From Trichosphaerium sp. ATCC 40318 (Eukaryota > Protista > Tubulinea): a stretch of DNA of 64,000 nt. The notes beneath the pieces were generated by a model. That model worked only from the letters and a program-made list of their open reading frames with translations. It searched no databases and was not told where the DNA came from. Of the stretch, positions 23,201 to 37,190 are shown piece by piece. The stretch spans positions 124,001-188,000 of the forward strand of contig JALMLS010000577.1 of the NCBI GenBank assembly GCA_038496445.1. The letters are read 5' to 3'. Position 1 is the first letter of the stretch, and each line of letters starts with the position of its first letter. The translations under genes were made by a program, and so were the position numbers.

Positions 23201-23658
23201 TTTAGGTGCTCCAGGAGCTTGATTGGCGACTAAACACGCAATTGGCATTTGACGTGACCTTTGATTTGTTGAGTTTCGAAGGTACCTAAAAGTGCGTTTC
23301 TAAACGCCAGATCGTATAATTTATCGATTAGCTTCTCGGCTTCTTCGTGTCTGCCTTCAGCAGCAACTTTTATTGCGTCAATTAGCCAGTCTGTTCCTTT
23401 TCCCTTGTATCGCGCGGTGAGGACAAAATCTCGGTGAACGACGAAAAAAAACGGTGAGCGAAATTGCTCAAAACTCGTTGGTACCATTGCTGACACTACC
23501 ACTACTAGTTTCGTCTTTTGACACTCTGCTTTAAGCATGTTCATTATTTGTACGAGCGTTTCCGCCTTTCCTACCGATGTACCGCCAAACTATGGCGCGT
23601 TACGCTAATCTACACGTAAATAGTAAATACAAACCTTAAATACTCTCCAGCTCTCCAT
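20222..23658 (-). CDS. Bifunctional aspartokinase / homoserine dehydrogenase (ThrA/MetL-like)
   Basis: VFKFGGTSV, VVVVSAM, SFGERLS, TTTLGRNGSDYTA, LELANYGARMFHPRT, two ACT regions, then TSNK, SGTLGYI and DDLSGLDAARK. Confidence 0.92.
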
Positions 23659-23809
23659 TGTTGCTTGCAAAGAGTTTAAACAATGGTGTTAACGCGTGAG
23701 ACGGTCCTCTGCTAAAGTGAGAACAGGCAGTAAAAAATGAATGTACAAAAAGTGTTTTGTTTTCTGAATCAATCATTCCAAAGTACAATATTTTACACGA
23801 GAAATAACT

Positions 23810-26683
23810 TTACATTTTATTCATAGACACCAGTGCGTCTATGCTTGTCGGATCCCATTTAGCATTATTTTGCTGGGTGTAGACGACGTTGTCTTCTATT
23901 ATAATTGGCACACGTCCAAACTTAAATATCTGCTTTCCTTGATGTCGACGGCCAGTTGGTACGCATAGTAGATCGTTTTCTTGAGCCTAAAAGTAATGGG
24001 AAAGTGAGTGACACTATTTTAATTACGCTTTCAAGTGGTGTTGACGTACAATTGATTGCAGCATCTCCTTTAATGTCACCTTCATTGTTGGGACATATGC
24101 CTTTGCAGTGCGTGTATTATCCGAACGTTTTTGGTGCAATGGTATGAACGGTTGGGCTGTATCGAATTGTGGTAACGCTGGGACGCGTCCAGCAACTGCT
24201 TCGTTCATCATCAGCAGTCCTGAATTGAAGGCGTTTTGCACAGCTTTCTCTTCAACTACAAAAAAAGTACAGTAAGAAACAACAAAAAAAAAACTACTTT
24301 CAATTTGGTAAACAAACAAATTGAACAACATCTTACCTATGTGCGTTGGTATCTGACTCTTCCAGTTGAGATACCATTGCGTGAGTTGTCCAAAATCTGC
24401 ATTGCCATGTGTGAGCCAAGTGTGAAGTGCCTTGAACCACTTTGGAAAGAATTCATTGTTGAGCAACGTGGCCATATGATGCGATGGAACCACATCTTTC
24501 CAAGCCATCACCCAGTTGAATTGGTCAAGCTGTTGGTTCTTCGGATTTACGTGGAATTCTCTCATGGCGAGGATGAGCTTTGGTATGATGGCGCGTATGA
24601 GGAATACTTCCATATCCTTATCGCTAAAAACCTTCTTCCAAGGTGCCAATAACGTCAGCGCAGTGCTATCGCTTGGGTGCCATTTCTGCAGACAGACGCT
24701 CAAGTATTGCCGAATAGTAGCCCACAGGTGCTTAAACTAGAACCAGAATAAGTAATCAATGAGGTTGTCACGAGTTTGGTTATTGTCTGTCGACGAAAGC
24801 AAAACGTGAAAAAAACCCAAAAAAGGCGTACCCTGTCAACGCCGAAGAATGGCAAATATTGGTGCATCCATTGATGGATAGGTACTCTGTCTACCAATGG
24901 GTTCCAGTTATTGACTTGTGTCTCTATCTTTGGCATTATGACGGTGGTTTTAAAGTACTCAGTGGCGTCTAGGCCCATCACATCCGACCAAGAATCAAGT
25001 GTACGCGTGCACGCCTCTGGCTGTTTTGCGGACCATTCTGGACTAAGGAAATAAGGGTAAGTATGTGACTTGCTCATTCCTGAGTGGTTAGTTACCCTAA
25101 GAAGATCTGACGCATTCTCGGTAACACAATGTAAAAAATGATGTAATTGTAAGTGTTGTATGGATCCTTGTCCTCTGCAAAGTCGTCTTGAGACGGCCAC
25201 AGGAGTCGCTTCCATTTGCCCACCACTTTTGCGGTTGGATCCTCTCCTTCTATTGTCAATGGATTCCAATTGGCCATGAAGCTTCTGATCTAAATCGACG
25301 AGTCAGCACATGAGACCAAACACTAACATTGCAACAAAAAAAAAGTGCGTACGACTGGAACTACGACTGCGTGAGCCAAGGACGATAACCGAAATCGTTT
25401 ATATTCTTCTTTGTATCGGTCCGTAAGCATCGCAAAAAACTTTTCGAGGTCGGCCAGACTCAAAGTATTTGACACTTTGATTTTGTTGATCATTTGAATG
25501 ATGCCTTTTAGTGCTGTTATTCCTAAATAAAAATGGTGAGTAAATCTCACAAAGGGGTTTTAATGTTATTTGAAATGTAAGTATACTCACGCCTCTCTTC
25601 CTTTATGGTGTTTGCCTTTAGTTGCTGTGTTTCTTCCTTGGCTATAGACTGGCGCTTGGTGTTTTCTCCTTCTTGGTAGTACAGGTTGCGAATCTGATTT
25701 TCTTTCATGTCTACCAACATCCGCATGTTGTACTTGAGTTCTGGCATGAATGTTCCGGTCGGTGCAGTCCAACGAGAGGCTGGTGTATTCAACTGACTGG
25801 CATTTGTAACTACTCTAGCAGATGGACCTGTCATATCATGTATGACGAGCCGTGGCGCATCACGCTTCTCTTCCAAATCCTGTGCTGTCTTGTACTTGAC
25901 TTTGACGCGCTTTGGTTTCGATCGTCGCCAATTTTGTGGAGCCTCGGCCATTTCTTCATCGCTGTCATCTGCCCCATCTTTTTCTAGAGTTTCGCCACGT
26001 TTAGCTGCAAAATGTTCCTCAAACTGATGTGTTGCTTCTTGCATGTTACCCAGACCCAGGTTCTTTGGCCTTACTTTAACTTCAATAGCGGTACGGATAC
26101 CGTTACCCTTTGGACCGAGACCTTCGCCCTACTCAATGTGTCACTCAAAATATTGCTTAATGCTGACATCAGGACGCACAGGTTTGTAGCCCATCATTGC
26201 CATAAGTTTACTACCAATACCCTTTGTGTGTTTCTCGAATCCAGAGGTAGGTTCCGGTGCGGGTGGCGGCCTTGATCTTCTGGATCTATTTCCGCCTCTT
26301 TGTTGTTGTTTTTTTTGTGGAGGCGGTTTAGGCTTGTCTTCATCATCTTGAGTCACCACTCCTCCACGAACGAATCCAACACCACGTGTATAGTCTCTGT
26401 AGTGAAAGTGAGTGAGTGATATGACACTTGATTTTTTGTTCGTTTATTATAATTCGTTCAGTATTTGCCTTCACGGCGTAATGTACGTACACTTCTTGCC
26501 TTCTGCCTTGTCTGTTGTTGCTCTCACCGAAAACGCCAAGCATATGATCTTCTTTGGTCAGTTTACGCCTTTTGCGTTGACCTATAGCGTGTTAGACGCA
26601 CGTTTAGCTTTTTTAAATTAATATCACGCACCATTGAAATATTGAGCTTCCATACCATATGGATCACTTCCCAGGCCAGCCAT
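23810..26683 (-). CDS. TFIP11: Tuftelin-interacting protein 11 (G-patch/GCFC spliceosome disassembly factor)
   Basis: LTKEDHMLGVF, FEKHTKGIGSKLMAMMGYKPGEGLG (G-patch), PELKYNMRMLVD, PIHQWMH, WHPSDSTA..LAPWK, EFFPKW, WYLNWK. Confidence 0.93.
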
Positions 26684-26815
26684 TGCGGTCCTGTAGTAAG
26701 CAAAATGAGTATCAGTGGCAATGCTATTTCTTGTACAAGGCAGGTGTAAGCCAATGCTTCCTTAAACTAACGTGAAGGCTCTATTTTGATATAGCACTCG
26801 CGTCACGGCCAAAAG

Positions 26816-28401
26816 ATGGCGTGGAAAAGTAAGTTTAAAGCGTTAGCGAATAATTTCGCCGACAAAGTGAAGCAAAGTGCTCGCGGGGCAGTGAGCCAAG
26901 ACAAGAAGCGGTTCCAGAAAGAGTACGCTAATTTTTCCGTTACTGATCTAATGAATTCTAGCGGGTAAGCACTTAAAACGTACGTTAGGTGACTGTCCAT
27001 AGGTTTGATCTTGATCTGTCGTACATTACGCCTCAACTGATTGGTACGCACGTTATGGCGTCGTCGTACTCATATTTTATAGCCATGGCAATGCCAGGTG
27101 ACAGGGTTAACGCAGCTTGGCGAAACGATATTTCTGAGGTTGCGCTGTTCCTAAACAGATACCACAAGGATCACTACAGGGTCTTTAACTTGATGGAAAA
27201 AGTTTCTTACAACAGACAAAGACTTGGACACAACACTGTTGTCAGGCTAGGTACACAGCCACACCCAGTAAAAACGTTACCTTTTGAGGTTGACACTACG
27301 TTACATAGGGTGGCTTGATCACCACGCGCCTCCTTTCGCTACATTATTGCAAATTCTACAACAAATAGGTACATAATGTCTTTGACAGGCTGTCTTCTAA
27401 TTGAATGTCGTTGGTGAACCCTGTTGACATTTAATAACGTAGATGATTGGCTGAAGCAATCTGATGACAACGTCGCCGTAATCCACTGTAAGGCTGGCCG
27501 TGGTCGCACAGGTACAGTGGTTGCATCTTACTTGGTATATGCTGGCATTTGCCGTACAGCACACCACGCCATAGAGCGCTTTGGTCAAGCACGCTCAAAC
27601 ACAGGTGCAAGTGTACAGGTTCCATCCCAAAAACGGTACGTATAATATGACTGAACTTGGTCTTTGTCGTGCTGATTAGCCACGCGCGCAGGTATGTAGA
27701 GTATGTAGAACAAATGATGAAAGGCCTCGTAGCCAACCCAACTGCACCCACCAAAGTTAAGTTGCTGCGCATCCTCATGAAACCTGTACCGCGACCAGAG
27801 ATAACCAGGGGCAGCATGGCTCCTTCTGTTGAGGTGTGTTTTATAGATTGCATCATTGCCACCCCTATATACTATGTGTCGTCTATGTTGACACAACTTT
27901 AAACATTTAGGTGTTCCAAATATCGAGCGCCGACCCTACACAACCGAAACTTGTAGCCACATTAGAACCAGGCACACAATTTCGTGCTGAGCATCAACTT
28001 GTGCGCATAGGTACGTGCATGAGCCTTTACAGCCCACTTTTCTATGGTAGCCGCAAGTGAAACGTGACACCGTACTAGATGCAAACATTCCTATTCAAGG
28101 CGATATCATGCTTAAAGTTTTCAACAACAGACGGTTAATGGGCAAGCAACTTTATTTTTTTGTTTGACATAAATTTGCAACTAACAATCACGTGGTAGGC
28201 ATCAAGTTGTTGTGCAGAACACAATTTTCTACAGCGTTTGTGGGAAATCAGCGTTTTATTGATTTACGTCCACATGATATAGATGCCTCGTCTCAGGGCA
28301 CCCTTGTTGGGGAGAAGGGCATTCCCTCAAACTTTGTATTACGACTCATGTTTGCACCACACGACCAATTACCACCACAATCCCAACCTAGAAACATTTG
28401 A
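26816..28401 (+). CDS. PTEN: PTEN-family phosphoinositide phosphatase with C2 domain
   Basis: VSQDKKRF, FDLDLSYIT, DHHAP, HCKAGRGRTG (P-loop), PSQKRY and GDIMLKVF. Confidence 0.9.
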
Positions 28402-28685
28402 CATCAATGGAAAATAGAGGATGATTGTACATTAAGAATAAAAACTACTTATTTGCTTAGTACTTGGGCTTTTTATTAGGCGGGGTAATATTGTGCTGAC
28501 AGTGTAATCACCGTAGTGCGTATTTACAATTTACAAGTGTCAAAGGTGTAGCAAGTGGCTTTTGGGTGTCCCCAACAAAATAGTAATAATTTAGCAAAAG
28601 GGTGGCGGACACATTTCTATTCCACTTTGCTCGTGATGGCATTTGTTTTTTTTCTGATATTTTAAGGGTGGATAGACGACGGTCT

Positions 28686-31256
28686 TTAAAACTCCATGTG
28701 AAAGTTCATGTCGTCCTCACCTTGGTTACTCTTTTGTCCTATTGTAACTGAGGTGTTCGTTCTATTGGCTTTGTCTCGATTGCGAACCCACTCTAACGTT
28801 AGATGATTAGTGCCGATGCCACAAAAGAGCAGAAAAAAAAAACCTGATAAAAATTAAAAAGGAACACGTGCGCACCCAGGTTATCTGCGTTGAACTTGGA
28901 GCTCGAAAGTGCGCGCTTGCGTCTGTCTTCAGTAGCATGTAACCGTTTTCTGGTGAGATCTTCGATGATCTTATCCGTTCTGGGGAAAAAAAAGAGTGAG
29001 TTGTCAAATCGTCATTGATTGTGTGCTTGGACGAGAAACAAAATTTTATCAATAATATTGATAAATATACCTATCGGTCATGTCAACGTCTTCAACACTC
29101 TGTGCTTGTTGTCTACGTTTTTCCATGTTCTTAATCAATTCAGAGTCGGCGTCATAGGAGAAGCCAGCAAAGTGGTTTTGGTCAATCTGTATTGTTGGTG
29201 TACGGCTCGCAAGAAGAGCTTGTGGGTCCTCGTTGATGAACTCTTTGTCGAAATACCGCAAATCAAGTTCGTCACGCTGAATTAAAAAAAAAACGTTAAT
29301 AAGAACACTTTGAGACCTTTTGTTAAAAAAAAGTGCATACGAGGTGGGGTTTGAAGGGAGGGTCTATCTCCTTTCGCCACAATTTATTCCAGTCAAGACC
29401 ACGGAACCAAGGGTGGTTAATAATGTTGACAGTGCCGTCCGATCCTGCACCGAGTCTTGCTGACGCCTCACGTGTCAGAAGGCCTGCAACGAACGATTTT
29501 AACTCTTCTGAAAATCCGCCCTTTGGAAACTTTAATGGGGCTGACTTGATGTTACGGTTCATGGCTATATTATAGTCAGTGGCAAGCAAAAAAATTAAAA
29601 CCTTTCACGTGTTTAAAATAATAAATAATTGGACAAAACGTGCCTTGTTCATCCTCACTGTAAAAAGGCGGAAGACCCGTCATCATCTCGTAGATAAAGG
29701 TGCCCAAAGCCCACCAATCGACCTCTTTGCCATATCCTTGGCCGTTGATAATCTCAGGGGCGAGGTACTCTGGCGATCCACAAAACGTATGTGTTCTTGT
29801 TTGATAACCCAGACCTTCTTTCACGAGTCCAAAGTCTACCAAGCAGACATTGCCATCCATGTCCAACAGTAGATTCTCAGGTTTGAGATCTCTAAATGAA
29901 CCAACGCGTGAGCATATTCCAAATAAACTACTATTGCTTTGAGCGGGGTATACCTGTATATGATGCCACGTTCGTGAAGGTAGCTGAGTGCGAGCACCAC
30001 CTGCGCCGAGTAAAATTTGGTTCTTGGCTCAGAAAAGCAATCTGCTTCGTTCAAATGAAAGAAGAGCTCCCCACCGTTCAAGTAATCAATAACCATGTAC
30101 AGACTCTCAGTCGTCTGAAAAGCGTACTTAAGGTTAACGACAAAGGGGTGGTTGATCGCCTTCAGGACACGATTTTCAGCCATTGTGTACTCTACCGCGT
30201 TGCGCTTTATCACGTGTTCTTTGCTCAACACCTTCATGGCGTATATGCGGTTGGTGTCTTTCTTTTGTACTTGGAACACCTACAAAGAAGAGAAATGTGA
30301 ATATTACTTGCGGTCAGACACAGCAATAAACAAACGTACACGGCCAAACGATCCTTTACCAATGACACGCAGAACTGTAAAGTTATCAGGACCAAGAGAC
30401 CTCTGTATGAATGCGGTTGGTACGTGACATGGCTTGTTCAACTAAAAACCAAAAAAAAGAGGTCGTTACCTTTTCCAGCGGACTGTACTGGATTTTCAGA
30501 TGTAGGAACTGACCAGTTGTCTGGGAGTGATCATGAGGTAACGTCAGAGCGAATTGCTTGTCAACTGGCTTTTCATTTGCGATGCTGGCAATAGGTATGG
30601 ACAGGGATCCTATGGCTGATGCACCACCCGGTCCTTTAGCCCACACAACTGTCGTTAACACAGCGAACGATTGTGTCACATCACTACAGGCACAGTCAGC
30701 ACGTTTAGGAGCAATTTGAGATAACAGCGTAGGTAAAGAAACAATAAAACCAAAAAAGGAGCCTTAGTTTAAAAGATCGAAGGCGCAAAGGTGACACTCG
30801 CGCATTTGGGATGAAAAGCGCGCAAGTAACGTCAGCTTTGTCCAAATTATACTTTTGGCAGTCGGTACGAAAATATAAATTAAACGTACAAGCAAAATCC
30901 TTCGTTCCATTCGAATTTAAGGGCCTTATGGCTGACAAGTTGTACAGCTTGTGCCGAAGTACGCGCTTGTTGCTTCTCCAGGCTCAAAATACAATACGCA
31001 GTATCTGAAGGAAGGGTTAGATTTGTTTGGTTAGCCTTGTACCCCATTTGCCACCGAAATTACCAAACTCGATAACTAACGTATTATTAATATCCACATA
31101 GCAATAAAAACATCTGTAGCGTACTCTTCACGAATAATTGCGCGTTTATTGGGGTGCTTGGTTTGACTCCTAGTTACAAAGTAAGACCTCAGTTACGTTT
31201 AACCACTCTGCTGCTGTACCAGCATGATACGGTGGCTGCCAAGGTGACGTTTCCAT
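28686..31256 (-). CDS. C2-domain AGC Ser/Thr kinase (Sch9/Ypk1/SGK-like)
   Basis: C2-like exons ([22 protein letters not shown]), then [45 protein letters not shown] and hydrophobic motif FAGFSY. The start exon is uncertain. Confidence 0.9.
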
Positions 31257-31515
31257 TGTTACGACAACAAATGCAACGTTACGTTTATCCGTGTGCGTGC
31301 CTTTGTAAAAAGCTAAAACACGCTCAAAACGCCAAAATAGCTACGACTTGAATTGACTGTGTAAATTTGTTAAGACTCAGTCTGGTTTAGATCTCAATTT
31401 ACTCACTCAGTGCACGTGGTTACGAGCATAGTGCGGTTAGTAGCTTGTACAACTAGAATCAGGGTTTTATAGGTTGTGTACAAAATTGTTTTTTGGAGTT
31501 TTGGTTTCCAGTGTA

Positions 31516-33110
31516 CTAAAGTTGGTTCCCCAAGTTAGAAAACCTGTGACCTACTGGAGCCTGCGCAGGTACACCTTGTCCTTGTGGATGTTTTTTGCCG
31601 TACCAGTACTTATAACCAAAGTAACCAAAGGCGCAAATGGCAAAAATGACAAGAATCATAATCGCCCAATTTGTAGAGTTAGACTCGGCTACCTTGGCAG
31701 CGTCCGTAGCACCTGAAGTTCCTGGATCTGCAGTTGGAGCTGGTGCAATAGGCGAAGAAGGCTGTTGTGTTGCAGGAGCTGTAGAAACAGGGGTATTCAC
31801 TGGTGCTGATGCCTTAGGTGCCTCTGTAGGTGGCGGAGCTGTAGGTTGCTGGGTTGGCGCTTTGTCCAGTGTGTCAAATGATAGCGCACGTGTTTGAATA
31901 TCTTGTATGTTTATAGGACCAGAAAAAGCGTTGACTACATGTGTCATTTGAGTAGTAACAAAAGGCACTTTCTCGCGTGCGTGTATGTGGCACTCATCCT
32001 CGCTGTCTGACGTTGTTGGCAGTGTCCTTGCAACATAACAATCTAGGGCGTTACAAGTGGTTGACACTTTAACAACTGTCACACGTTTCTTAGCGTCCTT
32101 TACATCTGTACCGCAATAATAAATATCGCTCTCTATACGGACAGCACTATTAATGTGAAAGTACGGTACTGTTCCATTGTTCAACTGCTTGAACTTATCA
32201 TCGAAGCCAACGATAAAGGTTTGTACTGGCGACGATTGTGACGAGGTGTATGCGTAAGCTAAGCAAACACCGCCTACTTGGTCATGCATAAAAGTGCTGA
32301 CTAACTTGTTATCACCAAGTGGCACTGACCACAATACTGTTGGTGTCGCTTCTGTGTTTGATAGTTTCAATGTTTTGTCGCTACGCGCGGGTGAGTGGAT
32401 TTGTCATCAAACTGGTTAGATCGCGTACGCTACTTGCAACACTAGTACCTCACCTGTGGAGAGTACTGTCATTGAGTGGATGCCTGTTGCTTGCTTGGTG
32501 GCTGTTGTACGGCTATTGTCTGCGAGCTTAATGGTGTCTACAGTAACGGTGTCATTTGACAAGCCCAAAGCTGCCACGTATAGTAGCGCATCGGTAGCTG
32601 CAATAGCTACTTGTGAGTGTGCGAGAGCAGTAGTTGGGTGAACAAGCATCGGTGGCTTGCTGGCTTCGAATATGCCTACGGTAAAATTTTCGAACACAAC
32701 AAACACCTTGTTGTTAATCTCATGTGCAGCTTCAATAAATTTTAGTGTCACAATGTCAAATGCGTTGACATACCTGTAGCTGCCATTGGAAACACAACTG
32801 GTGCCTCTGTTTTACTCTTAACGATACATTGCAGCTCTCCAACTGCAGTGCTAGATTCTGGAGTGCCAAAGTGAAGGCTAGGTACTGTGTTTAAGACTGA
32901 GAAAAGCTTCCCAGAGTATATGACGTCCACTTCTGCGGTGCCTCTAATATGCTCTACATGTTCATCAATTTGTGCGAACAATGCGTAAAATGCCAGAGAA
33001 AGCTACCACAAGCTCAGAGACCTACCTGATACGTCGATAGACGAGACTAGGACAGAAAACATCACCAGGCACAGACCCAAGCGAGTTACGCGCGTAAGCA
33101 TGGTTTCCAT
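31516..33110 (-). CDS. Type I membrane protein with beta-rich ectodomain and Pro/Thr/Ala stalk
   Basis: Signal-like N-terminus, three short introns that restore frame, PTA-rich stalk, TM segment WAIMILVIFAICAFGYFGY followed by KYWYGKK. Confidence 0.7.
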
Positions 33111-33214
33111 TGTGCAACGTTGCTGTTTGTAATTTTAATTGTACAGTCAATGTTCTTCAATTTACCTTTTTGTTGTTGTCAGCGTTATAACTATGCTGTA
33201 AGATACCGAATAGT

Positions 33215-34737
33215 ATGTTGTCAGTGCGTACACTGCGTTGTCGCTTAAACATTACGCCAATTCGCGCTAGTGTCACTAGGCAACGCTATTTTAGCGTCAC
33301 AACACCATCACGGTTCGGTATGCGTTGATTACCGACATTGGCTTAATAATTTTGTTTAGAGTCACGTATTAGCAAGGTACGCGGCGCTGTGGACAAGTTA
33401 AAGGTAGTGGAGGACAATTACCACACGTTACAAGAGAAATTATCGGACGAGAAGACACCAGCACGAGAGCTCTCAGCAATACAAGAACAATGTGCTTCAA
33501 TAAATGACCTGGCCAACGACGCCAGTCAATGGCGCCAAACATGGGAGCAATACAAAGAGCTAAAACATGTCCTAGCTGATCCTAAAGCTGAGGTGAATAT
33601 TTCCATCTTTAGCGTACACGTGGTGTTTAACGTTAATTGGATTAGGCTGAATTCAAAGAAATGGCAACAGAGGAAATCGAAGAGGTATTAGAGAGTTTGG
33701 AAGAACTTGAATCCAACGTCATTGCGTACGTTTGCACAATTACTACAAATACACAAAAATGACTAAGTAAACAGCCACTTTGTTCCACCTGTACCAGAGG
33801 AAAACGCCGCTGCTGTAGTTGAATTACGTCCAGGTACCTTACTTACCATAGCCAGTCCTTGTGTAACCGAGAGCTCACCAGGAACCGGCGGCAGAGAAGC
33901 GCAACTGTTTTGTAAAGACGTGTACGAGATGTACAAGGCAGTGGCCAAGGAAAATGGATGGAAATGTGAAGTGTTAAATGTTGGTACAACAGAAGGTGGC
34001 GGTATAAGAGTACGTCAGTTAGCATAAAGTCTATTCTCAGAATGGCTCTGAGGGTTGATTGCAAATGTTGTGCCAGAAGCAATAAATAATGCATTGTTTA
34101 GGATGCAAGTATGCTCATTTCTGGTCAACCAGATGACAACGTGTTTGGGTCTATGCGCTATGAGATTGGTGTACATCGTGTACAGCGTATACCTGATACC
34201 GAAACACAAGGTCGATTGCACACAAGTACTATGACTGTTGCAGTGTTACCGCACTCAAAATCAATTGTATCAGCGATTGAGAAAAAAGATGTCAAAATAG
34301 AAACTTTTAAAGCTGGTGGCAAAGGCGGACAACACGTCAACACCACGGACAGCGCTGTAAGATTGACACATATACCGTCAGGTGTAGTTGTGTCTATACA
34401 AGATGAGCGATCTCAAATACAGAACAAAGATAAGGCGTGGAAGGTGATGGCAGCACGTGTTTACGATTTAGAACATCAAAAAAAAATGAAAGAGCGTGCA
34501 GAGAGATTCAGTTCACAAGTGGGTGATGCGGACAGATCTGCAAGAGTTAGAACATACAACTTCCCTCAAGATCGTATTACCGATCACAGAGTCCCAATAA
34601 CATTAAATGGCATTGATGATATGCTGCAAGGGCAGTTGATGGTTGAAATTCACGATGGACTACGACAAAAAGAGGAAGATGACCACTTTGCAAAGCTGAA
34701 ACATAACATTTTTTCTTCTCCGCAAAACCAACAGTAG
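33215..34737 (+). CDS. MRF1: Mitochondrial peptide chain release factor 1 (RF1 type)
   Basis: Presequence-like N-terminus, ELRPGTGGREA, GVHRVQRIPDTE (PxT), GGKGGQHVNTTDSAVR and RTYNFPQDRITDHR. Confidence 0.93.
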
Positions 34738-34821
34738 CATTGTTCATCTCGCTATAATTGTATTTCTTTCAAGCCGTGTACAAACAATACCAACTTTTAG
34801 TGATTGATTTCTGGTATAGAG

Positions 34822-35548
34822 TTAAGTGTTGCACAACCGCTTCAAGTCGGCTTCAACGAAGCGATATGTGTTAACTTGTTTGGCATGTGCAGCGCCCAAT
34901 TTCTTCTCGTAAAAAGCTATAGCCTTGGCATTCCAATCCAAGACTTGCCATTCAAGCCTAGGAGCACTCAGAAACTGTGAGAAAGAAAAAAGGTAGTGCG
35001 CACCGGCTACAACCGGTATCTACAGCATCCTTTGCAAGTCGTTGTATTAGACTGATCCCAACACCTTTGCCTCTGTATTGTGGACACACATACAAATCCT
35101 CCAGATACAAATACTTGCCCTGTCATCGTAATTTAACAACAGTAACATCTTGACATGTCACGCACGTTTTTTACATCGTAAGACGTGAAATATAGAGCAA
35201 ACGCTGCTGGAACAACCTTGTCTCCTACACGTGGTCAGTTGCTTTTTTAGACATACACTTGATGCCAACCTTGATTTGTTTCTACAATGTACGCTTTGTA
35301 ATACGTTCCAAAGTCACTTTTTAGCTCTGTTTGACGTTTTAGCTGCGCGATACGGCCTACAGTAAGCACGTACGTGGAATCGTTATTTTGACAGCGTCAG
35401 GCTCTTTTTCAAAGACAGCCAGTTCCTATGCGGCCGCAATTAGACCATTTAGAAGTGGTACGCTTACATGAACCAATTGACGAATGATCACAGCGTCATC
35501 GACAGTAGCGTGCCTAGTGTTAAATTGTTGCGAAGTTGAGGAGGTCAT
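34822..35548 (-). CDS. GNAT acetyltransferase (diamine/SAT-like)
   Basis: ELAVFEKEPDAV, YLYLEDLYVCPQYRGKGVG, LEWQVLDWNAKAIAFY. Confidence 0.9.
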
Positions 35549-35798
35549 GTGTTACAGCAAACTCGGTGGGAAGGTAATTTAAGTTGGAATCGAGATGATT
35601 AAGGTAAAGTGTATATTTAATTAATGTCAAATCCAAACTATTTACAGGAAGCCGCCTGCTTTGTACACTACCCCTGATATTACACTGCGGCTCATTTATC
35701 ACGTGCCAATTCTTATTCCTGTAGAGAAGCAACCAAATCGGACCTAATCCAATGGTTAGTTTATCAAGGCAAAGCAAACAAATTGAAACAAAAATGTG

Positions 35799-37051
35799 TC
35801 AGTTTTGTCGTAATGTGTACTTTTTGATGTGGAATAAGCCAGTCACAACATTGTTTATCTGTTGTGCTTGCTCAAAGATGAGTAGCCTTTGTGGCAGAAC
35901 TCGTGCATAGCGCCGTGGTACACGTGTAGGTGAGGCTTGACTTGCTGCAGCAACAACCTATAATACAATGACAAGAGTCAATAAATGAAGACCAAGAGGC
36001 ATATGATGAACGTACCATTGGGAATAACAAGGAAGATAGCCCCCATTTTAGGAGTCCTGGTAAGAAAAAGGCTGTAGTGAGGGGTAGACCAAAGCCTATA
36101 AAGTATATCCAGTGGTACTCAAAATATATAAACAGAGATTTCATTCGACGCAATGGTTCCTGAGCTGGAAAGTTTACACTCCACCTTGAAAAGCAATATG
36201 TAAATAGAAGCAGTTTACAGCGTCAAAGGACATGTATCATACCTGTATTGGAAGCACCAGAGGGAAAATAGCCAACAAAAGAAAATGCCTTTGACAACGA
36301 GACCCAAGAACGGAACCAGTCCAAACAGGAGTGCCACTAATGTGAAACTAGTGTAAAATACAAACATGTATATCGATACAGCAGTATGTTGGATGTATCT
36401 AAAGACGTCTTGTGGTAAGTTGTCAAAAGTTTTCGAAAAGAGTTCCTACAGGTACAACGTACAGTTTTGGGTCGTTTGTGGGCGCTGGCGTTTTCCCTGG
36501 CGCAGCCGTTGGTTTGTTGACTAGTGTCACAATTGACAAGTACCTGATTCCGTTTTAGATGGATTTTTAGGCGCGTTGTCAAGCGTACCATTGAGAGTTA
36601 AAATACAGACAAAGAATATTAACTGGAAGGCGCCAGAGTACCTTAAAAGCCTGTGAGGCGGGAGTTACATACAAAATAAGCGTACAATATGCAGTTTACC
36701 GATCATCCAATCAATAATGACAATAAACAGGCTGGGTGTCACGCCTTCGTTGTGTGTATACGCAAATGGAGAGCGTGCCCATTGTAAGACTGGGTATAGC
36801 GTGTAGTTGTAAATTATCCACGTTACAGCAAACAGAAGCCCGTTGAAGAGCACGCAGGTAGCGCACAGGCTTCTGAGCTTCTTGTTTGTCCAAATCGTTT
36901 GCAAAACGTCAAGGCGGCAGGCATCCTTCAATCCATGCAAAAATGCGAGTACACCGCAACGTATTTCTGCTAGTATGTCCCTGACATCGTTGAGGCGACT
37001 GTTTTGCTTTTCCGGCAATTCCAGTTTCTCTTCTGCCTCAAATTCCTGCAT
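35799..37051 (-). CDS. EI24: EI24-family membrane protein
   Basis: FLHGLKDA, CVLFNGLLF and YFEYHWIYFIGFGLPLT; multi-TM layout. Confidence 0.8.
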
Positions 37052-37190
37052 AACGCCCTACAGGAACCACAGTTAATGATTGCCTTCCCTTTGTGGTTTG
37101 TGAAATCAAGCGAATAACGTGGACTATTTTTTTGCAAGTTTATTCGTGGTTGGTGATAGGAACTCAATTTTGTAACCTTGATGCTGATCA

